Made by a program: the position numbers and the translations under genes
DNA from: Ginkgo biloba
Lineage: Eukaryota; Plantae; Ginkgophyta
Direction: 5' to 3'
NCBI GenBank assembly: GCA_024626585.2
Contig: JANKJI020000002.1
Location: 57,725,040 to 57,753,774, forward strand
Length of the DNA stretch: 28,735 nt
The notes under the pieces: generated by a model
The model's database searches: none
Seen by the model: only the letters and a program-made list of their open reading frames with translations
What the model was told of the DNA's origin: nothing
Shown: positions 10,661 to 21,900 of the stretch, piece by piece
Layout of the letters: the number at the start of each line of letters is the position of its first letter
How positions within the stretch are numbered: position 1 is the first letter of the stretch

Positions 10661-13100
10661 GACCTTTAGACGGTCCTTATATATGTTAAGAACAAAGTAA
10701 TTTGAGTCTCACATCTTGTCGAGTGGTGTTACTAAACTAGTTAAGCAAACCAAGTATGGGTTTGGATTTAGGAATGTTGTTACAATGTTATTTTTGGACA
10801 TGAAACTCTAAACAAGGTAGATTTTATGCTTCTTCTATTACAAACCAAACAAATCAAGCAAAGTTCACTCTAAGAAGGGTGGAAGTCAAGGAAATGAGTG
10901 AAGTAGCTAATAGGTGGGCCCTATAATTACTGTCTCACCACCAATAGTAATTGTGATGAGGAAAAGGGTAAAATTGTCAAGTAGCAATTTGAAAACCTAG
11001 TATAGGGCACTCCCAATGAAGAAGTGACATGTGGCAAAAGACACAGGTTGGTTGGGCATAGGGCGGTCTCAACTGAGTATAACTAATCTATGGAAGATTC
11101 TAGAAATGACAAGCAATGCTATTTAAGGAAGGTCAAGCTTGGGCTTGACAACTTTGGGGATTTTTAGCATTTTTGAAGGACTGAAATTAGATTTAAATAG
11201 CTACAACTATTATGCACTAGGACATCTCTTTAGTTTGGATTTTGGCTCAAGGAAGGGGGATGTAACACTTCTTAGGCTAACATCACACCTTGGCAAGCAA
11301 TTTTAGCACAGTAGCAACGCAAGCAACCCCCAAAAACCCTAGAAGGTGAGACAAGCATCTCTGGAGCACAACGCCCTTCACTGTAGGAAATTTTGGCACC
11401 AAATGTCGGTTGCATTTTAAAGAACTGTTGTAGCAAAAGTTGTTGTGGGAGAACCTAGCTATCTATATACAAGGACATCTCACTATTCAAGGATTTTATC
11501 GAGTAAACTAACCCCAACTCATAAATATTGTTAAAAATACCCCAATTGCATAAGAATTCCTTGGATTGGTGTGCTTGCATACAAATCTACTTTGGGATAT
11601 GGCATAGTAATCACATGAAAAGAATGCTTGAAGTAGGGTGACTCTCTTTAAAGGTATTATGAGAGGGTTTTGATTGTCGTATGGCTCATTATGATCAAAT
11701 GCATGCTAATTGATTTAGGAAATCCTTCCTTATGTATGCTTAATTATTTTTTCCTATCCTATGTCAAACCCTAAGTCTTGGTCGTAGGGTAGCATAAGGA
11801 TGCATTGATTGTCAATTAGGGGATAATGAGCTTAGTTATTTTTATGCTTTTGTGGGTTTTTGTATAAGCTAGCAACAGGGTTGAAATATACTTGATCTTT
11901 TAGTATGATTATCAAGTTTAAATAATACCCACTAAACTATTATCCATATGGATTAAAATATAGCCAAGATTTAAGGTGGTTATCGAGTTGAAAGGATACT
12001 CACTAAATTGTTAGTCATCAAGCACCATAAATTAATATAAGTGGNNNNNNNNNNNNNNNNNNNNNNNNNNNNNNNNNNNNNNNNNNNNNNNNNNNNNNNN
12101 NNNNNNNNNNNNNNNNNNNNNNNNNNNNNNNNNNNNNNNNNNNNAGAATACTTATAGTAGGGCATCTCTCTCTAGAGTATTTTAGGAGGGTTTTCGATGG
12201 TTTTATGGCTATTTTTGATGAATTGGCACATTGTATAAATTAGAAAACTCTTCCTTATGCATGCATAGTGACAATTGCCCTACTTTCTAACAAACCCTAG
12301 GTCTTGACCATAGGGTCGAATGGGAATGCAATGGAAGTCCATTACAAGATATGGAGCCCAATTTATTTTTATGTTTAATAGGCATTTTGGTTTGAGCTAC
12401 TAGAAAGGTTGAAATATACTCAATGTTTTGGTATGCCTATTGGGTTGAAAGGATACCTACAATTGAAGGTACCAGAAATTAATATAATTAAATATTGTTA
12501 GCTGAGGGCAAAATCTACTTAGGTTTCCATGTGCTAAAAAGGTGTTGAAAAGATACCTAAGGCCCAACACCATGATTGACGTTGGGTGGAGGGATGGAGT
12601 CTAGAGGATCGATAGTAGTTGGTAGGGACTAATAGTTGCATGGGGATACAACTAGAGGTTTGGTTGCCATCACAATGAGCCCTTAAGGTCCACCCCAAGG
12701 GAAACAATGGATGTTATTATCCCCATATCACTATACGATAGATTAGTAGCCCTAGTTGTGTACCCTATGGTATGTGAAAGATTATATTATATATTCTAAT
12801 GCTTAGTGTGTGCATGTTAGAGCACAATTATTCTTACAAGTACAAATAGCAAAGCTATTACATCTTCATAAACATTTCCATTCATTGGTGGAAAATTGGA
12901 AAATGTCCCCAGAAAGTTTAAGATTACTATAGTAACTTTGATTTTGACATAAACAAAGCCCAAGTCATAATGATAAAATAACCCTCAGATGGTCCTTATG
13001 TATGTTACGAACATAATAAGTGGGGTCTCATATCCATATCCTCTTAGCTACCGAACTAGATGAAACCAAGTTGGATTTGTGTTTAGAAACACTTTACAAA
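10661..13100. repeat. Old repeat-derived block with two pairs of diverged direct repeats (10661-10785 / 12981-13100 and 11621-12040 / 12145-12495)
   Basis: By-eye alignment: GACGGTCCTTATATATGTTAAGAACA vs GATGGTCCTTATGTATGTTACGAACA. Second pair shares GAGGGTTTT, CTTCCTTATG, CAAACCCTA(A/G)GTCTTG and GGTTGAAATATACT in the same order. Confidence 0.65.
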
Positions 13101-15049
13101 TTTCAAACCTCTTAATGTGCATTTCAATTCATTGTGGCAAACTATAGACCATACAAGGTAAGTTCAAAATTAATTTGGTTAAAATACTAAGAACCCAAAC
13201 CCACTATTTGCAGGGTATTTATCTAAACTAATAATGCAAACTACCAANNNNNNNNNNNNNNNNNNNNNAAACGATGATGTGACATCCACAGAGGGCATGG
13301 CAAGAGCAGAAGATGAAATCCAATCAAAAGCATCTTAAAATAGGTCAAAACCACCTTAAGGTAGGGCAAAGTTGCCTTAAGGAAGGTCAAAACCACTCAA
13401 ACAACTAGTCAAGCAGTATTGACTTAGTCAAAACAACCCTATGTCACTGGTTAAACACAATCCAAATGATGATGTTGTACTCNNNNNNNNNNNNNNNNNN
13501 NNNNNNNNNNNNNNNNNNNNNNNNNNNNNNNNNNNNNNNNNNNNNNNNNNNNNNNNNNNNNNNNNNNNNNNNNNNNNNNNNNNNNNNNNNNNNNNNNNNN
13601 NNNNNNNNNNNNNNNNNNNNNNNNNNNNNNNNNNNNNNNNNNNNNNNNNNNNNNNNNNNNNNNNNNNNNNNNNNNNNNNNNNNNNNNNNNNNNNNNNNNN
13701 NNNNNNNNNNNNNNNNNNNNNNNNNNNNNNNNNNNNNNNNNNNNNNNNNNNNNNNNNNNNNNNNNNNNNNNNNNNNNNNNNNNNNNNNNNNNNNNNNNNN
13801 NNNNNNNNNNNNNNNNNNNNNNNNNNNNNNNNNNNNNNNNNNNNNNNNNNNNNNNNNNNNNNNNNNNNNNNNNNNNNNNNNNNNNNNNNNNNNNNNNNNN
13901 NNNNNNNNNNNNNNNNNNNNNNNNNNNNNNNNNNNNNNNNNNNNNNNNNNNNNNNNNNNNNNNNNNNNNNNNNNNNNNNNNNNNNNNNNNNNNNNNNNNN
14001 NNNNNNNNNNNNNNNNNNNNNNNNNNNNNNNNNNNNNNNNNNNNNNNNNNNNNNNNNNNNNNNNNNNNNNNNNNNNNNNNNNNNNNNNNNNNNNNNNNNN
14101 NNNNNNNNNNNNNNNNNNNNNNNNNNNNNNNNNNNNNNNNNNNNNNNNNNNNNNNNNNNNNNNNNNNNNNNNNNNNNNNNNNNNNNNNNNNNNNNNNNNN
14201 NNNNNNNNNNNNNNNNNNNNNNNNNNNNNNNNNNNNNNNNNNNNNNNNNNNNNNNNNNNNNNNNNNNNNNNNNNNNNNNNNNNNNNNNNNNNNNNNNNNN
14301 NNNNNNNNNNNNNNNNNNNNNNNNNNNNNNNNGACATTCAATGCCATTCTTTATCACACGTATTACATCCTAGATACACTCACAAGCAAATAGGATTATT
14401 TTTTCGTCTCCACTTCTATCAAACACTAGAAGTCTCCAAGAAGCCTCCATAATGTTTATTATAGTTTTAAAACTTTTAGTTATTACTAATTGATGAAATT
14501 GTAATTAATTATATAACTTATCTTAAATTAATACCATGTATAAACCACCTTAGAGCTCTATTTCCTCTTGTTTTCCTTTTGTACAATATTCTTCTTACTT
14601 TATTTAGTAGATTATCCATTTTTTCATTTATTTTTCTTTAAATATTCATAGTCTTTAAATATTTTGAAGGATTCAATAATTATTTTAAGAAATTGTCTAA
14701 ATATTTCTCAACACTTAAATTATAAATACAATTTACAATCAAATTTGTGACAGTACCATGTTATAATCAACACAATACTATATCACTAAATTTTTTTGAT
14801 TTACAACTAATCTTTTTCTTACTCTAACTGGATGTTCACATATATTTCTATGATACATAGCATTTTTATTATTATTAGATGAATTTGGACATAATATTTT
14901 TTCTAGATGCTTCCTTCCTGTCTTTTTGTGCAATGATTTAGTATTAATCATAACAGAAATTATCCACAAATGGAGAGGATGAAAGATGTAAGGATTTAGT
15001 GGTATGTTGCCATTGTTGGAGGGTTTCATGTGGTTGCTCCTCAGTGAAC

Positions 15050-16179
15050 TTTTTCCATCAACAATAAAGTCCCCAAAGTGGATGCAATATGGATGGGTCC
15101 CACACCACAAGAAGTAAAAGAAAGCATCAAAAAGGGAAGCAAGGTCAAAGAAAGATGGATAATGTCAAAAACTTCAAAGGGTTAGGCAAATATGGAGGTC
15201 AATGGCCTAAAGCGCCAATTCAAAAGAGGCCAACCCCAGAGGAAATGATGGAATTGGAAGAAGAGGGATGCACATTTTGAACTACCTCCACTATTACAAA
15301 AGGAAGAATGGATGGGCATGAAAACAACAGATTTTACTATCAAAGTTCAAGATGAAGACGAGGGCAACAAATTAGAGAATGAGTATCTATTAGCCCTTAC
15401 TCCCCCTAGTACAAAGTACTCACTCGTGCAGAAGGGAGCTGGTCAGGCAAGAGAGCAGAGAAAACTTTCTAGCCACTCATTGAGGGAAACAAAGGGAAGA
15501 GTGAGGTCATCTTTAAGGCCATCGGGTGAGATAAACCTGTCAGTGGAATCACAAGAGGAACCCAGAAATCTTCCAAGAACATATCAACAATGCAGAGTAT
15601 GCAAGGTAAATGTACAGAAGAATGAAAAGGGAAAAGAAATCTTAACAATTCAGATGGCTGGAGGAAAGGCAGAGGAGCCAAAGGCTGTCCAAGTCCATAC
15701 CTGAGACATTTGTCTAGTGCAAGAAGACTATCATGGTGCAGATGGAAGCCAAATAAGCAAGAAAGATCATTGTTCACGCCATGTGGCCTCTCCATACATT
15801 CTTGCATTCAAATGGTACTTCCTGGCATCATGCTTTTATATATTGTGGAAGCATGAGCTATGCCAGCAGATTGTTTGAAGGGCAACTTTAGAACTGTCTT
15901 AGGGAATGCTTAAGCATGCAACCAAAAGACATGAGTAGAACCATCTGCAGAATGTGCACAGCTGAGTGCATAGCAGTCTGGAGCAGGACAATGACTGAAG
16001 TCAGTATGCTGCAGACTGAACCCTCTATCTATAGTGCCCTTGCACATGTACGTGAGGAAGCTAGATCAACTGCCTTGTAAAGAGGAGCAAAAGCACTTCA
16101 GACTGCACAAAGGTGAAGAATTTGATCCCTTATAGGCATCCTCCAAACACAGCTATATCAAAGGCCTTGAGGAGGAGCC
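15050..16179 (+). pseudogene. Decayed coding-like sequence of unknown, probably transposon-derived, protein
   Basis: Purine-rich with overlapping plus-strand ORFs (15089-15280, 15312-15704). A further stop-interrupted frame runs ~15650-16170. No family motif recognised. Confidence 0.35.
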
Positions 16180-16794
16180 NNNNNNNNNNNNNNNNNNNNN
16201 NGAGGTGCAAGATGACCTGCACCCCCATGCCACCACAACATGGCAGCTTTGATTCAAAACTAAATGTTGATTAGTTCAAAGCATGTCGACAAAAAGCATT
16301 ATTTTGGTTGCTGCACAAAACAAGCATATACATAATGGCTATAAAATGATGGTTGCATTAGTTAGGTCAAGTTTTACAAAATGCTTACATAAAATGAGAT
16401 TAGCTCAACTGTAAATGGAAAGTAAAATGGGCATATGAGCAAATTGTAATTAAAAGAATATAACTAATGGGCAGAAGCTATAGAAACCAAAAGATTGTAA
16501 TTAACCTTTGGGCATTCTAGATCCATCTAGCAGAGAAGATGAATAGAGTGCATATGTTGATGCATTAAGTCTTGGATATAAAACATTTAGGGTCACTTCA
16601 CACTCTCCACTATCTGCACATAAATTAGATTAAGTATTTTTGTTCAAAGTTAATTAATGTAAGGCACAATAATTTTCTTAAAGTACCTGCCCAAGCACTT
16701 TAAGAAAGCACCAAAACTTGAATGATTTAATCAAACTTATTCTGACTTATGTTTAACAGAGTCTATTAACAGAATTCAGTGCCAAAGGGATAGT

Positions 16795-17126
16795 AATCCT
16801 ACTTATCTTACTTTAATTTAACATTCCATCGGAAGTGACCCTTAGTCAAATGACAGATACCTGTCCTTGCTATGCAAGGAAACTTGGTCTTTTTTTTTTG
16901 GGGGGGNNNNNNNNNNGCGCCGTTATGCAACTCTTTTCTACTGAAAGCCTGTGGGGGTTATGCAACTCTTTTCTACTGAAAGCAATCCTACTTTATCTTA
17001 CTTTAATTTAGCATTCCGTCGGAAGTGGCCCTTAGTCAAATACCTGTCCTTTCTATGCAAGGAAACTTGGTCTTTCGGGGGGGGGGGGAAGCCGTTATGC
17101 AACTCTTTTCTACTGAAAGCCTGTGG
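16795..17126. repeat. Local tandem duplication (period 189 bp) with a triplicated 27-mer
   Basis: Copies start AATCCTACTT at 16795 and 16984. GTTATGCAACTCTTTTCTACTGAAAGC occurs at 16922, 16957 and 17094. Copy 1 spans a 10-N gap next to a G-run. Confidence 0.9.
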
Positions 17127-19129
17127 CTTATCTAAATGGAAGAGTCTAAGGGCATCAAATTCTATGAATGAAAAAATATTTTGTGTTTTAAAAGAAAATG
17201 TCTACAAGCAGTTTGACCAGCTATAACACCTACGGTCACTGGCAGCCAAACAAAAGTGTATTTATCTGCAAAAAACAGAGCACATCTATGGTAGATGGGC
17301 TGCAACCTCAGGAAACATGTTAGACTGCTTGACATCAAAATCCTTGATCCTTGATCCTAAGCATATATCATATAGCGAAATAGGCCTAGATCCTTTTCTG
17401 TTTGTCAGCTGACATCCTGGGAAAGGCACAAAAAAGAAGATGCAGCATACAGAAGGCCACATAAGCACACACCCGGGCAAGTGACAAAGATTTACCTTGT
17501 GATGATTTAATTAAGGTCTAAACCTCAAAGTGCCTAATAATCTCTCTTTCTCATTTATTGATGTCTATGGGACACCGCACCATGGCCTCTACTAGGGATT
17601 GTATAAGGACACGTACCAGCAGTTGCCTGAAGGAAAAGCTTGTTGTCACTTGATGATTCCCATAAAGGGCATGACTTATAGAAAAGAAGTAATGAAATCA
17701 AACTATTTAAACAAGGCTTCCCCAAGTTTATGTGCACTTAATAGCACTCCAAATTGAAAATTTTGGATTTGTTTTTCCTGAGCAAGATTTTTTTCAACGA
17801 ACCATCTTTTCAACAATGCACACAAAGGTTAAATTGAAACACCTTATACGTACTGGTAACTTATGCACCACTCCCAGCAGAGAAGGAATAAGAAAGTTGA
17901 GATCATCTCCCAAGATCGTATGTCTCTGATATTAAATTTAACGGCATCTTCCCAGCAGGATCCTGAATCCTGCTAAATAGGTGCAAATAGCTGAAAATTT
18001 CTAAAAATGCAACTACAAAAGCGGTAATACCCAACTGACATTTATCAGGACCAGGATCGCAGTAAATACGCACAATGTTCTTCNNNNNNNNNNNNNNNNN
18101 NNNNNNNNNNNNNNNNNNNNNNNNNNNNNNNNNNNNNNNNNNNNNNNNNNNNNNNNNNNNNNNNNNNNNNNNNNNNNNNNNNNNNNNNNNNNNNNNNNNN
18201 NNNNNNNNNNNNNNNNNNNNNNNNNNNNNNNNNNNNNNNNNNNNNNNNNNNNNNNNNNNNNNNNNNNNNNNNNNNNNNNACCTTTGAATTTAATATACTA
18301 GAGTCTTTGAGTGCATATCTAGTCTTTATGAAACATCGTAATGGCTACCACAAGATAAATCCCATGTAACATCATAGCACACTTATGTTGACCTTTTCAA
18401 GCACTATACAACATTGTGACACTTCAGAAATTATATAATTGGAAAAATATCCATCACGATCACTTGTTAACTTCAATCAAAATTCAAATCGCATAATCAC
18501 TTGTTCATATACACATTTTGTAATGATCTATGTAGATTTGTCTAGAAGGGATTAAGATTCCTCCCACTTAGTTAGGTATTCAATTGTTGCCACAATATAC
18601 CTGCATCGCCCTTAGCAGGAAGGATGCCTAAAGGGACCATCTAAGACTTGGCCCCAATGTTTAAACAATTCTTGAGGCAAGTTAAATGCAAAAGCATAAA
18701 ATCCATTTGATGTAACATCCAACAATAGTGGAAAAGATAGTGGAAGAAAACCAAAAGAGGAAAAACGCCGATCACCGGTAACAAACCGTAAAGAAAACAA
18801 TGACGAAACGCGTCTGGAGAACTGTAGATTCAGAGACGCACATGCCAAACCTTCCAGTAAATAAATGTATGCAGAAGATTACAGGTGTGTAAGACTAGAC
18901 GGCACCAGTTGTAGATGTTCGCGGCTTTACTTTTGAGGAAGCGAGCTCTCCCAAACGAGTATTGTGCAGATTAATTTACTCTAACCAAGAATTGGCTTGA
19001 TTGCATGCCAAAGTCCAAGATAAACTTTACATAAACAGAATTCTTTTTTTTTATTAGGATGCTGAAGATTGCTCGTATCGAAATCTGGATCTGAAGATAG
19101 ATCTGCACTCGAGAGTATTTTATTGTACG

Positions 19130-19930
19130 GTTAGGTGGAACTGAGCTTTAAAGATTTTGTTTATTGAATAGGTTAAGCGAAAACTGGATTTAAGCTTTAA
19201 AAAGGCGGCAATTAGAGGAAACTAAGCACAATGGGGAGGTATTTGGATGAACGAAGACGAATTAGAGTTCAAATCGGGTGTGTTATCTGATACTTGCCAA
19301 ATTTAAGCTTGAAGTCTCTGTTCCTGACGGATTCGGGCTTGAATTTGAGCCAACTCTCGAAAACTGGACGAATTTACACTTGCAGATGACGCATTTTACG
19401 GAACAATTGGCAAATTGAAGCTGGAAGTTGAGACATTCTGTTTGAAATTTGACGAAGCCGCGCTTGCAGACATTTAAACCAAGCAGAAACTGACAAACTG
19501 CGCCTGAGGCTACCGAATTTGGAGAAATTACACTTGAACTCGAGACATTTATCCAAATTTTGGAGAAACCGCGCTCGAAGTTGACAAGTTTTGTCGAGAA
19601 TTGGCGAGTTAACTCTTGCAGATATGGTGTTTCATCAAGCATAAGGTGAATTGCGGCTCTAACTTTAGTGCAAGAATGCAAATTCGGCTTAAAAATGTGC
19701 CTCTTCGTCGAACACCGCGCGAATTTCAACTCAAGCTTTATGTCGACCAAAGCTGCAACATCCTGTTGAAGACATTGATGAATCTCCTTCAATTTCGTCC
19801 TTCCTGAAAGAACTTAAGCTCGAAGTTCCGGCATTTTCTCGAGCAATAGGCGAGTACATCCTCAAAAGTCATACATTTAGGTCAAAATTTTAGCAAAAAT
19901 CATAGTCAAATGTGAAGAAATATGAACAGC
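19130..19930. repeat. Cryptic helically phased ~41-42 bp degenerate tandem array
   Basis: Approximate consensus TTGRCGAAWTYRMRCTYGAAGWTGASRCATTT. CTYGAA-like anchors at 19267, 19308, 19338, 19379, 19421, 19463, 19503, 19533, 19574, 19615, 19657, 19688, 19730, 19819 and 19861, with weaker units on either side. Confidence 0.8.
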
Positions 19931-20159
19931 ACCGAGCAACAGGAGGGATTTTTAACATATACTCGCGAATTTCACGAATATGGTCCCGGCGGCCTGGTAT
20001 TTTGTCCAATAAGACGGTGCATTCTGTCAGACATTTTGTCAAACACTTTGGCTACGTTGGTGCCAGCGAGCATGATTTCCGAGGCATTTTCTTTACCACT
20101 TGGTGCACGTAGACTTAAAGTTGAAGTATTAAATTGGTTTCGAGGTATTAAATGCGCTG

Positions 20160-20202
20160 TCGTGGTGATTGCCCACTGCGAAAGGAGGAGTGAACTATAT
20201 AG
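20160..20202 (-). promoter_or_regulatory. Candidate core promoter: TATA box, Y-patch and initiator
   Basis: The minus strand reads CTATATAG (20195-20202), then TTCACTCCTCCTTTC (pyrimidine patch), then AATCACC about 30 bp after the TATA. It sits at the upstream edge of the CpG island. Confidence 0.4.
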
Positions 20203-21609
20203 TGACAGATGGCCATTGAATGTAAAAATCAGCAATCGGAATACGTCAATCGGAAAATTTTTGGAATTTGTGTAAAAGTGCACTGGGGTTATTGAAGAAA
20301 TAGATGGAATTTCAACATAAATAAATATGTGTCGAATTTCAATGTTTAACAATTCCATAAGCAAGGACAATGGTATGTTGATGGAATCGCAACATGGAGA
20401 TCTAGGGTTGAATTACCAAAATGGTGGAATTGCAATAAATTTTTTGCAATAGTTGAAATTACAATGTTATCCTTAATTTTGTCAGTCCAAATTTTAGAGC
20501 TTGAAAAGAGTGCAATCAGAGGTAGTTTGTCACCTCCATAGTTTACTCATTTTGAGACGATATGCATTAAATGCCTTACGCACACAAAAAATGAGTGTTG
20601 TCTATAATGTACTTTATTGCATTTTAATGATCAATTCAAATGGGTTGAAACTCTTATATGGCGCACAAGAGGAGAGAAAAACTAAATTCAATTAAAAAAA
20701 ATTGTATTTGTTTTATGATTACAATTGCAACTGTTGATCTTTGCAACATATCAAATTATCTGATAGTTTTTTCAAGAGATTTAAGTGCTCTATTGAGCAA
20801 CACACTACAAGAGACACTACTAGTTACAATCCGAAATTTCACTTCTGACAAGACCATGTGCTTCAATAAGTTTCTTGTAATACACTATTTCTCTCTATNN
20901 NNNNNNNNNNNNNNNNNNNNNNNNNNNNNNNNNNNNNNNNNNNNNNNNNNNNNNNNNNNNNNNNNNNNNNNNNNNNNNNNNNNNNNNNNNNNNNNNNNAT
21001 AAGGGGGGTGGGGGTGGGGGATGGCATGTTAATATGGAGTACCAAATTTAGAGGGCTAGTGGAGGACAAGTGACCACTCACATCTTATTATTTGGCCTTC
21101 CAACAACCAACCTCAAGATGTCGAAGATGACAAAAAGTGTGTCCTCCTATCCATCTCATGCGATGATCCATCCCCTTGTGGCTATGAATCATGATTCTAA
21201 CATTTGTCGGTCGAGACTCTAATGGCTCAGAGATTATGTTAAAAGGGTTATGATCAATATTGATCTAGTGAATTTGGTTGTTAGCAGATGGTGTTTGCCA
21301 ATTATATCAGAATAGATCTATTGATAAGCAAGTGGTGTTTGCTAATTTGTTTTGGTGTTTGTTTGAGGCTTGTGACTTCATAGCATGTTTGAGTCAGATT
21401 ATCGTGGCCCTAACTCTTCACTATAGCCTCGCACTCATTTTTGGAAAGATCTTGGTTAGGACGGGGGGGGTTTGGTGGAACGTCGGAGTACCCTTCAGCC
21501 CCACCTACCCACTTCCTCCCTGCATCATCGAGGACTAAGGAAGGTTCTTTGTTATTTTTAGAAATTAATTTGGCTTTTTCTAGGAAAAATTAATAAAAAA
21601 ATAAACTTG

Positions 21610-21900
21610 TAGTGAGAAATACAATTTTGCAGTCATACATACAATTTTGTAATTGTAAAATATAGTTTTACATTACAATATACAATTTTGCATTACAACA
21701 TTTGCAAAAAATTTATAAATGAAGAAATAAGGAATTTTTAATTTTTTTTTTTTTTGTAATTAGCAAAATAAGGAATTTTTTTTTGTAGTTAAGCAAATAA
21801 AGTAAAAAAATCATTTGATATTTTATAATTGGGCTGAAAAACATTTTAATTTAAGAGAAATAAGGATAAAATATTTTTATAATCGAAGGAATAAGGTGGA
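21610..21900. repeat. AT-rich degenerate minisatellites (~20 bp ATACAATTTTGCA-type; AAATAAGGA-type)
   Basis: ATACAATTTTG repeats about every 20 bp at 21619-21700. (A)AATAAGG or a close variant recurs five times at 21725-21897. Confidence 0.6.

Larger units (their letters stand above)
18740..20260 (-). promoter_or_regulatory. CpG-retaining island; candidate promoter / first-exon region of the FPP gene
   Basis: CG dinucleotides, including CGCG runs, are visibly common here and rare elsewhere. Candidate minus-strand donors are GAAG|GTTTGG at 18851/18850 (followed by T-rich intron-like sequence) and GCAG|GTATAT at 18601/18600. The link to FPP is inferred from orientation. Confidence 0.55.

Noticed and set aside
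5546-14452. Long ORFs of ~300-365 aa in the ORF track
   Set aside because: They consist almost entirely of X from N-gaps and are artefacts.
17954-17974. 8-bp hairpin AGCAGGAT/ATCCTGCT
   Set aside because: Too short to distinguish from chance; no RNA-gene context.
19283-19792. 169-aa ORF with a 14-residue KCLNFKxxFxKF-like or LRR-like pattern
   Set aside because: The pattern jumps between frames because the units are 30-42 bp, and other frames have stops. The ORF has a non-ATG start. It is better explained by the DNA-level repeat.
19130-19930. CRISPR-like repeat-spacer array
   Set aside because: Repeats are far from identical, there are no distinct spacers or cas genes, and the context is plant nuclear DNA.
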